Source: an uncultured Saprospiraceae bacterium (GTDB lineage Bacteria; Bacteroidota; Bacteroidia; Chitinophagales; Saprospiraceae). From it: a DNA stretch of 64,000 bases. The notes under the pieces were generated by a model, which ran no database searches, was not told where the DNA came from, and was given only the letters and a program-made list of their open reading frames with translations. Below, one piece after another: positions 41,601-49,656 of the stretch (positions within the stretch are counted from its first letter, which is position 1; each line of letters opens with the position of its first letter). The DNA is taken from contig CALDTZ010000006.1 of assembly GCA_937924805.1 (NCBI GenBank), positions 81,635 through 145,634 of the forward strand. The letters run 5' to 3'. The position numbers and the translations under genes were made by a program.

Positions 41601-41689
41601 ATTACTGGATTCTCTATTGTTTCAACTGCCTCAACTTGTGCTTTGTTTAATTCATCATAAGCATCTTGGAAGTTTTTATTTGGATTCAT
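38618..41689 (-). CDS. UvrD/PcrA-type SF1 helicase fused to a C-terminal RecB-family PD-(D/E)XK nuclease with four-cysteine cluster
   Basis: 1023-aa ORF. Helicase motifs GPGTGKTQ, DEYQDTN, VGDDDQSIFRFQGA, NYRS, GSKGLEF and VGMTRAEKRL. Nuclease motifs YLACP, GSAMHH, GMLDRVD, VVDYKTGK and QMVFYKML, plus a terminal CDDEYCNWC. Confidence 0.85.
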   Translation of the reverse strand: MNPNKNFQDAYDELNKAQVEAVETIENPVMVIAGPGTGKTQILALRICNILQKTDTQLHNILCLTYTEAGAVAMRTRLLKFIGPEAYNVHIFTYHGFCNKVIQENNEYFGGFRSLQLLSDLETVDVFQEMIDKFPEDHVFKRFKGNIYYEQNNLKELFKNMKSEDWEPEWMLTKIEEHTQDQIENNPTFRYKKKYKEFKAGDLKPKEVDKLKNNMAKLKAAIHEFHNYEKLLKNKERFDYADMIQWVINAFDKSPELLSDYQEQYHYFLADEYQDTNGSQNHLLMQLASYWEQPNLFVVGDDDQSIFRFQGASMKNINDFIDKYNPTFIVLENNYRSPQEILDASKILIDSNEDRLVNKIDGLSKNLIASSPTNLTGPHPEIYFYQNKHQEEAAIFKEIKKWIDQGKPLNNFAIIYRKHKEVSELINVLTKEGIPVNTKRSVNILEVPYVQNLIDILTLIDKIYNSAAGVDELLFKVMYLPQFEISMKDMHRLSMYQRSLPKEEKKTWFEIITTPSIIEKILPDDIEGLKSFERMLNHWVQQYKEFTIQGLFELIINDAGILKSSLLANDEYWSFQLIQTLFDYIKDTSARNPNMALEDLLSDIEKMQENNIAIPFTYSIHSPDGVNFMTFHGSKGLEFEQVWMIGCREDNWEKTRARSSGYKIPDNIMAVMDEGIEDERRLFYVGMTRAEKRLIMSYSKRKDGDASKESLPSRFIEEVCTLDEIKKSEGIITNEEIVDYLNKRLTTINLPKKDWLDHNLIEESLVHFKMNATNLNKYLACPIRFYYDIIIKVPGARNDNMGFGSAMHHALEFFIRDCREAKKILTVEKLHDRYFQGLEKYKSHFTPRQFADRLALGKSTLGDYYEKYKSSWMLPVEMNFEYNIGLTNYKGIPISGMLDRVDIYKDYIHVVDYKTGKYKPAKVRPPKDGDHGGDYWRQMVFYKMLLDLDVKTNKPMISGEMNFIEKQNDDFKTQKFVIKPEEIEMVSEQLKQAYSDIKEHKFDKGCDDEYCNWCNFIQANEKS

Positions 41690-41698
41690 GGTCTATAA

Positions 41699-43354
41699 TT
41701 ATAGGTGATTTGATTGGTCTTCTAGCGCTTTTATCTTTTCCTCAAGTTTTTCAATAACGTTTATCAATTCTTCTATTTTTTTATTTTCTGAATTTTCATA
41801 GCCTTGTAATTCTTTTTCGAGACTTGTAATTCCTAGTTCTCTTTTCAATTCATTCAGGTCGATTTTGCCAATGGTTTGATCATTTTCAATAATAATATTT
41901 CCACTATTGAAGATAGGGAGCGATTTTATTTTCAACTTTTTTGAAATGATTACATTGCCATTAGGTTCAAAACTCAATTTTTTCGAATATTGGTTGTCCT
42001 TATCTTTTGTTAAAATTTTAAACTCTGTACCCAATGGTTTTGATTTGGAAATTAACTTTACTTCATGGCCATTGTTATCATTTGATGGGTCGCCTATTTG
42101 AATCTGTCCAGTTCGCATAATGTTGCTTACATCTAAATCTTGATAGGTACTTCCATTGGTATAAATAGCTGTTTTATCTCCATTATCTATAATGTCTATG
42201 ATATCCATTTGAGGGTTGTTAATCATCGTAAATCTTGCCTCAGAAGAAATTTCAATAAATTGTTTTGCCGATTGAATATTCTTTTTCTTCCAATCATAAA
42301 TATTACAATAAATAAAGGCATTGGCCTTACCAAAAATATTTTTTATACCATAAGTGGACTCTTTTTTGGTTTGAAGAATAAGGTCTCTGAAAACGTTTCT
42401 AGCTAGATTGTACTCCTTTATATTAGGCATTTTAAAGAACTCAATACCTACTCCATATCCTTCAAAATAAATGTCAATAAATCGATTATTATTAATCCAT
42501 GATTTTTTGACATTATAACTATTTGTATTATCACCAATTCCTAAAAAAATACCAGTTTCACTTGGTGGCATTTTGATATTCTGAAAACTATTATTTAAAA
42601 TTGAGGCATTCGTATTTCGAGTCGTTAATTTTATGCCTACACCCGAAATTAGATTACCATTAAAAGGTCCTCTTCGTTTAATATTTATATCATAAAAGTC
42701 ATTATCTCTTAATCTCCCTTTTGATATTATTGAAATGAAATCCATCTTGGAAATATTGGCTGCAACTTCAGCTTCAATATTTCTAAATTGATTGTCCCGA
42801 ATCATTCCTTTCTCATTTGAAATAATTTCTATAATACATGTTCTTTTTACATCTGTTTCATACGTTATTTTAATGTTATCAATCTTATTATTTTGAATGA
42901 CCAAATCTTTATCTTTCTTTGTTTCAAACTTTATAATAGGGCTATTAAAATCGGGTGTTTGAATAGCGATCAATACATTTGAAATGCTAACATTTTTAAT
43001 GTGATCTGTAGATGCTTCCAATTTGATAACAGGACCGTTTCCTTTTACGCTTATAGTTGTTTGTGATCCAACTCCATGAATGGATTGATTCGTTCGTAAT
43101 TGAATACCCTTATCTCTGCTAGATAATACATACACGCCATCAAGTAGTTGAACTTTACCCCCACCACTCATTTCGTCTAGAACATTTTTTAATACTGTTC
43201 CAAAATTGTTTTCATTTACAAGTACCTGAGCTGTTGTTGCATCATGAATACCTTCAAGTCCTATGATCATCGTTGAAATATTTTGGGCTTGTAATGAAAA
43301 AGTCAAATAGAAAAAAATGAAACTACATAATAAAGAACGAAGCATTAATCTCAT
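41699..43354 (-). CDS. secreted right-handed parallel beta-helix repeat protein with C-terminal coiled coil
   Basis: 551-aa ORF. Signal peptide (SLQAQ). At least 7 PbH1-like repeats (IQNNKIDNIKI, IRDNQFRNIEA, LRDNDFYDINI, ILNNSFQNIKM, INNNRFIDIYF, LARNVFRDLIL). The last ~45 aa are heptad-like (IEELINVIEKLEEKIKALEDQ). Confidence 0.6.
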   Translation of the reverse strand: MRLMLRSLLCSFIFFYLTFSLQAQNISTMIIGLEGIHDATTAQVLVNENNFGTVLKNVLDEMSGGGKVQLLDGVYVLSSRDKGIQLRTNQSIHGVGSQTTISVKGNGPVIKLEASTDHIKNVSISNVLIAIQTPDFNSPIIKFETKKDKDLVIQNNKIDNIKITYETDVKRTCIIEIISNEKGMIRDNQFRNIEAEVAANISKMDFISIISKGRLRDNDFYDINIKRRGPFNGNLISGVGIKLTTRNTNASILNNSFQNIKMPPSETGIFLGIGDNTNSYNVKKSWINNNRFIDIYFEGYGVGIEFFKMPNIKEYNLARNVFRDLILQTKKESTYGIKNIFGKANAFIYCNIYDWKKKNIQSAKQFIEISSEARFTMINNPQMDIIDIIDNGDKTAIYTNGSTYQDLDVSNIMRTGQIQIGDPSNDNNGHEVKLISKSKPLGTEFKILTKDKDNQYSKKLSFEPNGNVIISKKLKIKSLPIFNSGNIIIENDQTIGKIDLNELKRELGITSLEKELQGYENSENKKIEELINVIEKLEEKIKALEDQSNHL

Positions 43355-43448
43355 ACCATTTGAATTTTAAAAATAAATATACTAGGATATAGGTACAACA
43401 AATAAATGTCAATTGTACTATTCCAAAATTAAAAGATAGAAGTAAAAC

Positions 43449-44219
43449 TTAAATGTTGATTAAGTTAAATACTCGAAGTACAACTACAACTAATACTAAG
43501 ATTAGAATTCGATAAGCCCATTTATTTGCGTTAGGGTTTTGAGAACCATATTTTGCCGCTAAAAAGCCACCAATTGATTGACTTATTCCAATAAGTAATC
43601 CGGCTTTCCAAATGATCATACCTTTGTATTGAAAGAAAATAATTGCAATAAAAGTATAGATCCCAATACTCGCAACTTTAAAAGCATTCGATTCTAATAA
43701 ATCTGAATCTGAAATACTAAAAATTAAGATCAAAATAAATATCCCAATGCCCATTTGGATAAATCCTCCATAAAGTCCAGCAACAAAAAAAAGTAATAAA
43801 ATAATCGGTTTAGGTAAATCAACTAAAGCGTCGCTTGAATCAACAAACCTCGATGGTTTGAGTAAAACAATAGGAACAAATATGAGTAATAAATATTTAA
43901 ATATTTCCCTAAATTGATCCGACGAGACATTCATAAATAAAATCAAACCAACGATTGCACCTATAACAAGGGAAACCATATACATAGAAGTACCTCTCAG
44001 ATTCAGCTTGTCATTTTTAATAAAGCCATAGGAACTTGACAAATTCATCATCCCTACATTTACTCTATTTGTAGCATTTGCCATTAGTGGGTCTAACCCC
44101 ATAACTTCAATTAGTAAAGTCAATGTAATGATCGATCCAGATCCTGCAAAAGTGTTTATAACCCCAGCAATAAAACCACCAACTAAAATTAATATATAAT
44201 CAAATAATTCTAATGACAC
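43449..44219 (-). CDS. TauE/SafE-family sulfite/anion exporter
   Basis: 256-aa ORF with about 8 TM helices. The N-terminal G.IAG.IN.FAGSGS pattern is typical of TauE/SafE (DUF81). Confidence 0.75.
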   Translation of the reverse strand: MSLELFDYILILVGGFIAGVINTFAGSGSIITLTLLIEVMGLDPLMANATNRVNVGMMNLSSSYGFIKNDKLNLRGTSMYMVSLVIGAIVGLILFMNVSSDQFREIFKYLLLIFVPIVLLKPSRFVDSSDALVDLPKPIILLLFFVAGLYGGFIQMGIGIFILILIFSISDSDLLESNAFKVASIGIYTFIAIIFFQYKGMIIWKAGLLIGISQSIGGFLAAKYGSQNPNANKWAYRILILVLVVVVLRVFNLINI

Positions 44220-44229
44220 TGATCCACTT

Positions 44230-44637
44230 TTAGTTTATGTTTAAATCTTGACATAGTTCAATTAATACGCCACCTGCTGTTTTAGGGTGCACAAAGCATA
44301 CTAATTTATTATCTGCGCCTTTTTTGGGTATTTCATTCAATATTTTGAAGCCTTCTTTTTTTAACCTATCTATCTCAGCGTAAATGTCTAAAACAGAAAA
44401 AGCAATATGATGTATACCTTCACCATATTTTTCAATGTACTTTTCTATTACACCTCCTTTGACCGTGCTTTCTAATAGTTCAATTTTATTTGGACCATTC
44501 CTAAAGAAACTTGTATTGACATTTTCTGAAGCCACAAACTCTCGCTTATACGAAGTTGAATTCAAAAGAGCCGAAAATATTTTTTCGCTTTCTTCCAAAT
44601 TCTTTACTGCAATACCTATATGTTCTATTTTTTGCAC
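44230..44637 (-). CDS. mce: methylmalonyl-CoA epimerase (VOC/glyoxalase fold)
   Basis: 135-aa ORF. KIEHIGIAV...GEGIHHIAF.V.DI...GGVLIELC pattern. Confidence 0.8.
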   Translation of the reverse strand: MQKIEHIGIAVKNLEESEKIFSALLNSTSYKREFVASENVNTSFFRNGPNKIELLESTVKGGVIEKYIEKYGEGIHHIAFSVLDIYAEIDRLKKEGFKILNEIPKKGADNKLVCFVHPKTAGGVLIELCQDLNIN

Positions 44638-44717
44638 CGATTTGGTTTTATATTAATTAAATGTAAAATTAAGTTATTTATAAACTATAATTTCGCTTAG
44701 TTCGTAAAATATATATA

Positions 44718-46151
44718 ATGAACAAAAAAGCAATTTGGGCCATCGTCGTTTTAATGAGTACTGCTATGATCGGATTAGCAGCTTTGCAGTTTATTTGGAT
44801 CAATTGGCAGCTTAAGTTAGGTGAGCAGCAATTTGAAGATAAAGTCTATACTGCTCTTGGTGAAGTGAAGAAAAAACTAGACTATGATGCCGAACAAGAT
44901 ATTCAAGGTGTATTGCGTCATACCAATAAAAAAGGGTTGTTTACCAGTAAAAGCAAAGAGATTGTTTCAAATTTTATGAATAAAAAAGCGAATCGATCCG
45001 ACGGGACCCTCAAGCTCTACGAATTAAAAAGTATTCCTTACTTACTAGACCCAGAAACAAAATTAGAAGAAATTAATATTGAAAAGTTAGCGGATTATTT
45101 AAAAACAGCCTTAGAGTCAAAGGGTGTTAAGCTACCTTTTGATCACGGAGTATACAGCGAAAATTCTAATTCTTTTATTGCAATCAATAAAAATTACGTA
45201 GTAGATGTAGAAGGGGATTTTAGTGAGGTTGAAGAAAAAGAGACAAGAGAATTAAAAGATACTAAGTTTTATTTGCCTTTGTTTGATTCCGAATCACAAA
45301 GCCCTGGTTCACTAAAAGTCTTTTTTCCTTCGTATAACAATTATTTACTTTCCTCTATTTTAATTCCACTCATTGCTTCTTTATTATTTACTGGATTAAT
45401 AATATTCTGTTTCATATATGTAGTCTATGTTATTTTCAGACAAAAGAAAGTATCCGAAATGAAAACAGACTTTATTAACAATATGACTCATGAATTCAAA
45501 ACTCCTATTGCAACAATCTCTTTAGCGTCTGATTCAATAAACAGTCCTAGTATTATTAATAATGAAGAAAAAATAAGGCGGTTTACTGGTATTATAAAGC
45601 AAGAAAATACAAGAATGTTAAACCAAGTTGAAAAGGTCCTTCAAATGGCTACCATTGACAAAAAAGACTTTGATCTTAATGTTACAAAAGTAAACTTACA
45701 TGACATTATAAATCAAGCAATTGAAAATGCAAGTTTGAAAGTTCAAAAAAGAGGTGGTGTTATTGAAAGCAAATTGATTGCTAAAAACGTTATAGTTCTT
45801 GGAGATCGAATCCATATATCAAACATTATTCACAATTTATTGGACAATGCTGAAAAATATTCTGCAGAAAATCCAAAAATAATGATCACTACAAAAAATG
45901 TTAGAGATGGTGTTGAGGTTAGTATTTCGGACAATGGAATAGGAATGAAAAAAGAAACATTAAAATATATTTTTGACAAATTTTACCGTGTACACACTGG
46001 GAATTTACACAATGTTAAAGGCTTTGGATTGGGCTTGAGTTATGTAAAAGCACTGATGGATTCGCACAAAGGAACTATAAATGTTAAAAGCGAGTTAGGA
46101 GAGGGAAGTACATTTATATTATTTTTTATGCACGAATGGAGTGACAAATAG
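44718..46151 (+). CDS. sensor histidine kinase
   Basis: 477-aa ORF. Two TM segments flank a roughly 190-aa outside domain. H-box NMTHEFKTPIATI, N-box HNLLDNAEKY, G1 DNGIGM and G2 GFGLGLSYV. Confidence 0.85.
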   Translation: MNKKAIWAIVVLMSTAMIGLAALQFIWINWQLKLGEQQFEDKVYTALGEVKKKLDYDAEQDIQGVLRHTNKKGLFTSKSKEIVSNFMNKKANRSDGTLKLYELKSIPYLLDPETKLEEINIEKLADYLKTALESKGVKLPFDHGVYSENSNSFIAINKNYVVDVEGDFSEVEEKETRELKDTKFYLPLFDSESQSPGSLKVFFPSYNNYLLSSILIPLIASLLFTGLIIFCFIYVVYVIFRQKKVSEMKTDFINNMTHEFKTPIATISLASDSINSPSIINNEEKIRRFTGIIKQENTRMLNQVEKVLQMATIDKKDFDLNVTKVNLHDIINQAIENASLKVQKRGGVIESKLIAKNVIVLGDRIHISNIIHNLLDNAEKYSAENPKIMITTKNVRDGVEVSISDNGIGMKKETLKYIFDKFYRVHTGNLHNVKGFGLGLSYVKALMDSHKGTINVKSELGEGSTFILFFMHEWSDK

Positions 46152-46208
46152 TCGATTTTAACATCTTAATAGAAGAGGAACTGAATTTAGTACAATAAAA
46201 TTTAAAAA

Positions 46209-46931
46209 ATGAGTAATCAAAAGATATTATTAGTTGAGGATGATAGGAACTTTGGTGATGTATTGAAATCATATTTAGAAATGCATGATTATGATATACA
46301 TTTAGCTGTAGATGGAGAAGAAGGTATTCAAGCATTTAATAAAGATGAATACGACCTTTGTATCTTTGATGTGATGATGCCTAAAAAAGATGGGTTTACA
46401 TTAGCTAAAGAAGTACGAGAAAAGAATACGGAAGTACCCATTATCTTTTTAACAGCAAAAACGCTTAAAGAAGATATTATTGAAGGGTTCAAAATAGGTG
46501 CTGATGACTTTATCACAAAACCATTTAATTCAGAAGAATTGTTGTATCGTGTGCAAGCAATTTTAAAAAGATCTGGATCACAAGCAGATTTAAATGAGGA
46601 TGTGAAAATATTTGAAATGGGTAATTTTGTTTTTAACTACCCACTTAGACAATTGGTTCACAACAATGATGAAAGCAATATGGAAAAGCTTTCTCCAAAA
46701 GAAGCTCACCTACTTAGATTGTTTGCTATCTATAAAAATGATGTTTTACCAAGGTCTATTGCATTGACTAAAATTTGGGGCGAAGACAACTATTTTACGG
46801 CAAGAAGTATGGATGTTTTCGTTACAAAACTTAGAAAATATATAAGTAAAGATGAAAATCTTGAAATTGTAAACATTCATGGAAATGGATTCAGATTGAT
46901 CGATAGATCTACGGTCGCTGAAATGAAATAA
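46209..46931 (+). CDS. OmpR/PhoB-type DNA-binding response regulator
   Basis: 240-aa ORF. Receiver domain (ILLVEDD...DVMMP...TAK) plus a winged-helix trans_reg_C domain (LSPKEAHLL...VFVTKLRKYI...GFRL). Confidence 0.9.
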   Translation: MSNQKILLVEDDRNFGDVLKSYLEMHDYDIHLAVDGEEGIQAFNKDEYDLCIFDVMMPKKDGFTLAKEVREKNTEVPIIFLTAKTLKEDIIEGFKIGADDFITKPFNSEELLYRVQAILKRSGSQADLNEDVKIFEMGNFVFNYPLRQLVHNNDESNMEKLSPKEAHLLRLFAIYKNDVLPRSIALTKIWGEDNYFTARSMDVFVTKLRKYISKDENLEIVNIHGNGFRLIDRSTVAEMK

Positions 46932-46939
46932 AATAGATT

Positions 46940-46978
46940 TAGAGTATTATATAAAATTTGATTTTATATAATACTCTA
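46940..46978. terminator. perfect 18-bp inverted repeat (probable bidirectional terminator) at the convergent response-regulator/HAD junction
   Basis: TAGAGTATTATATAAAAT-TTG-ATTTTATATAATACTCTA. The right arm and part of the left arm are also the last ~10 codons of the HAD gene (EYYIKSNFI*). Confidence 0.45.
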
Positions 46979-47585
46979 ACTTATCCTCAATCCTATCTAC
47001 AGGATTATGAACCTCTCCCTTCCATCCTATTGATTTGGCCGCTTCAATATTCTCAGAAAGATCATCAACAAATAATATTTCCTGAGGATCCACTCCTAAA
47101 TCATCTGTTACATAGTTATAAATAGAAATATTAGGTTTTCTCATACCTAAATGATGAGAATAATAAACCTTATCAAAATACTCTGAAAAAAGATCTATAT
47201 CGTGCTCTTTCTTTAAATACTCATTAATATATTTCTCATGAATACTATTAATATTACTCAACAAAGCGAACCTATACTTTAATTTTATTTGCTTTAAAAA
47301 CTCAAATCTAGAGGGTGGAATTTTCTTCAGTAGCGAATTCCATGCATTTTTCAATGCATTGATATCTGCAGCTTCATTATATTTTTTAAATGAATTTAGA
47401 AAGGCCTTTTCATCAATGGATCCTATTTCCAATTGATCCATCATATACTTCAAATCATTCGGTAAGCTATCTTTATCCCAATGCAAACCTAAACATCTCT
47501 CAAAGGAAGAAAAACATGTTTGATAATCTAATGGAAGAATAACATTGCCAAAATCAAAAATGATATACGGCTGTTTAGATCTCAT
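46947..47585 (-). CDS. HAD-superfamily hydrolase
   Basis: 212-aa ORF. Motif I-like IIFDFGNV, LLSN (motif II) and a C-terminal FVDD motif. Confidence 0.7.
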   Translation of the reverse strand: MRSKQPYIIFDFGNVILPLDYQTCFSSFERCLGLHWDKDSLPNDLKYMMDQLEIGSIDEKAFLNSFKKYNEAADINALKNAWNSLLKKIPPSRFEFLKQIKLKYRFALLSNINSIHEKYINEYLKKEHDIDLFSEYFDKVYYSHHLGMRKPNISIYNYVTDDLGVDPQEILFVDDLSENIEAAKSIGWKGEVHNPVDRIEDKLEYYIKSNFI

Positions 47586-48386
47586 TTAAAGTTTGAAAAA
47601 TTTCAATACTTTACTATTTCCAACAGATACAAAATATAAACCAGATTGCAATCCAGCAACTTCTATATTTGAGTCATACATCCCTTCTAGGACTAATAAC
47701 CCTGATTGGTTATAAATAGAGTATCTAGCATATTGGTCTTTTAAATTGTCGATTGATATGAAATCTACACTTGGATTAGGATAGACAGAAATATTGTTTT
47801 CACTCTTTAAATCAGCATTAGAGGAGTCCGTGGATATTGGCAATACAAACGTTGTTGCAAGTCCACTATCTCCACTTGCGTTGTTATTTCCATTTACAAC
47901 TGCACTTGATGCATAAAAGGTAATATCTGTAGTAGCATCTGATGGTGCGGACCATGTGAAGTTTAATTTTGTGCCTGCTGCAATTCTGTTTGTATGTTCT
48001 ACATACATTCGACCGCCTAAATCAATAGAACGTGTCAAATCAGGTAAATCTGCCCAAGTTTCAATTGGGTTGTTATCGCCATCCAAACTTATCATCATAA
48101 AACCATAACCGGCAGCGACAGATTGGGTTGCTACAGCTTCGTAGGTTACATTGTAAGTACTTCCAGGAACATATTCCGATACTGTATTACCATCCGCATC
48201 TAAAACTTCAATATTTATTTCAGGACTAAAAGTGTTTGTAGCATGACATCCTTGCTGTCCACAAAATTGACCTGTTTCTCCTGGGGCCATCGTCGCACCA
48301 ACACCTGTTTGGTTTCCTCTTCCCATTCGATTAGACATTAGCATTAAACTCAAAATGACAAACGTAGTTGTATAAAGTATCTTCAT
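47586..48386 (-). CDS. secreted protein of unknown function with T9SS type A C-terminal sorting domain
   Basis: 266-aa ORF. Signal peptide and a roughly 160-aa beta-rich domain starting GETGQFCGQQGCHA. C-terminal ISVYPNPSVDFISI...GLYFVSV CTD. Its stop abuts the HAD start (no gap). Confidence 0.65.
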   Translation of the reverse strand: MKILYTTTFVILSLMLMSNRMGRGNQTGVGATMAPGETGQFCGQQGCHATNTFSPEINIEVLDADGNTVSEYVPGSTYNVTYEAVATQSVAAGYGFMMISLDGDNNPIETWADLPDLTRSIDLGGRMYVEHTNRIAAGTKLNFTWSAPSDATTDITFYASSAVVNGNNNASGDSGLATTFVLPISTDSSNADLKSENNISVYPNPSVDFISIDNLKDQYARYSIYNQSGLLVLEGMYDSNIEVAGLQSGLYFVSVGNSKVLKFFKL

Positions 48387-48442
48387 TTAATAATTTTTAG
48401 TAGTTAGGTTGAATAAAGAAAAGGAAATTTGGTGAATTTGAA

Positions 48443-48988
48443 TTATAAAAAGCTGTATTCTTTCACAAAGCCGACAGTTCCTCGAAAAAAATCTTCTACT
48501 TTATCCATTTCTTCGCGCTTTTCAGGTCCAGGATAAATAGGTTCGCTGAAAACAAATTTTTTGTTACCTACATCAAATTTTACTAAAATATAAGGAATGT
48601 TTGCTCCTCGTGAAATATGATAGAATCCCGCTTTTAATTTTTTGACTTGCTTTCTAGTTCCTTCAGGTGCAATTGAAATAGATACTTTTTCTCGTCCTTT
48701 AAATGCCTCAATTGTTGATTCTATAAAGTTTTTTCCTTTACTACGATCAATAGGTATTCCGCCCAAAGACCGCATTATAATGCCCAAAGGAAAAACAAAC
48801 AGTGATTTTTTTCCAATAAAACCAACATCAAATTTATATGCACTTCGCAATGATAATCCTAAAAAAAAATCCCTCCAATGCGTATGTGGAACGACTACAT
48901 ACATTTTTTTGGGCAAATCTCTCTGTACATCTCCTTCCAACGTCCAACCTCTCAAACCTAATATCTTCTTTGACAACCAATGAAACAT
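48443..48988 (-). CDS. 1-acyl-sn-glycerol-3-phosphate acyltransferase-family protein (PlsC-like)
   Basis: 181-aa ORF. HxxxxD motif (PHTHWRD) and the FPEGTR-like IAPEGTR motif. Confidence 0.75.
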   Translation of the reverse strand: MFHWLSKKILGLRGWTLEGDVQRDLPKKMYVVVPHTHWRDFFLGLSLRSAYKFDVGFIGKKSLFVFPLGIIMRSLGGIPIDRSKGKNFIESTIEAFKGREKVSISIAPEGTRKQVKKLKAGFYHISRGANIPYILVKFDVGNKKFVFSEPIYPGPEKREEMDKVEDFFRGTVGFVKEYSFL

Positions 48989-49104
48989 TTTGTACGCTTT
49001 ACAATTATAAATAATGCAAATCTAATTTTTAAATTCATTTTTCTTTCATTGGTAATTAAACCTTTTACTTAGAAGACCGTCTAACTTATATAAAATCGTA
49101 CTAT

Positions 49105-49656
49105 TTGATCGATTCAACAATCATTTCATTATTAAAAGACTCGACTACCCAAAATGAAGGTTTTGTTTTGCTTATCAATCAATATAAAGAAAAACTATAT
49201 TGGCATATCAGACGAATTGTCATTTCACATAATGATGCGGATGATGTAATTCAAAATGTATTTATTAAAGTTTTTAAAAATATCCATTCGTTCAAAGGAC
49301 AATCAAGTCTTTACACTTGGATTTTTCGCATTGCTACTAATGAATCTTTAAGTTTCATTCGCAAGAAACAAAGACAATCCATGTTTATTGAATATGCTGA
49401 ATTAGTAGAATCAACATTGTCTTCAGATCCATACTTTAATGGAGATGATGTTCAAAAAATGATTAAAAAAGTGATTGCTAGGTTACCAGAAAAACAAATG
49501 TTAGTTTTTAACTTGAGGTATTATGAAGAAATGAAATATGAAGATATATCAACTGTTCTAGGCGGTTCTGTAGGTGGACTTAAAGCATCTTACCATCACG
49601 CTTTAAAAAAAGTGAAAAAATATATTAAATCACAGAATATTCAATATGAAGGATAG
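49105..49656 (+). CDS. ECF-type RNA polymerase sigma-70 factor
   Basis: 183-aa ORF (TTG start). Region 2 (DADDVIQNVFIKVF...LYTWIFRIATNESL) and region 4 (LPEKQMLVFNLRYYEEMKYEDIS). Confidence 0.85.
   Translation: MIDSTIISLLKDSTTQNEGFVLLINQYKEKLYWHIRRIVISHNDADDVIQNVFIKVFKNIHSFKGQSSLYTWIFRIATNESLSFIRKKQRQSMFIEYAELVESTLSSDPYFNGDDVQKMIKKVIARLPEKQMLVFNLRYYEEMKYEDISTVLGGSVGGLKASYHHALKKVKKYIKSQNIQYEG

Noticed and set aside
38618-43354. The beta-helix protein plus helicase-nuclease as a two-gene anti-phage defence system.
   Set aside because: The helicase-nuclease sits among conserved DNA-repair genes (radA, scpB, a dksA-like gene). The partner is a secreted protein with no NTPase, nuclease, sensor or effector domain I can recognise. 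No mobile-element or defence-island context is present. I keep them as separate low-to-moderate findings instead.
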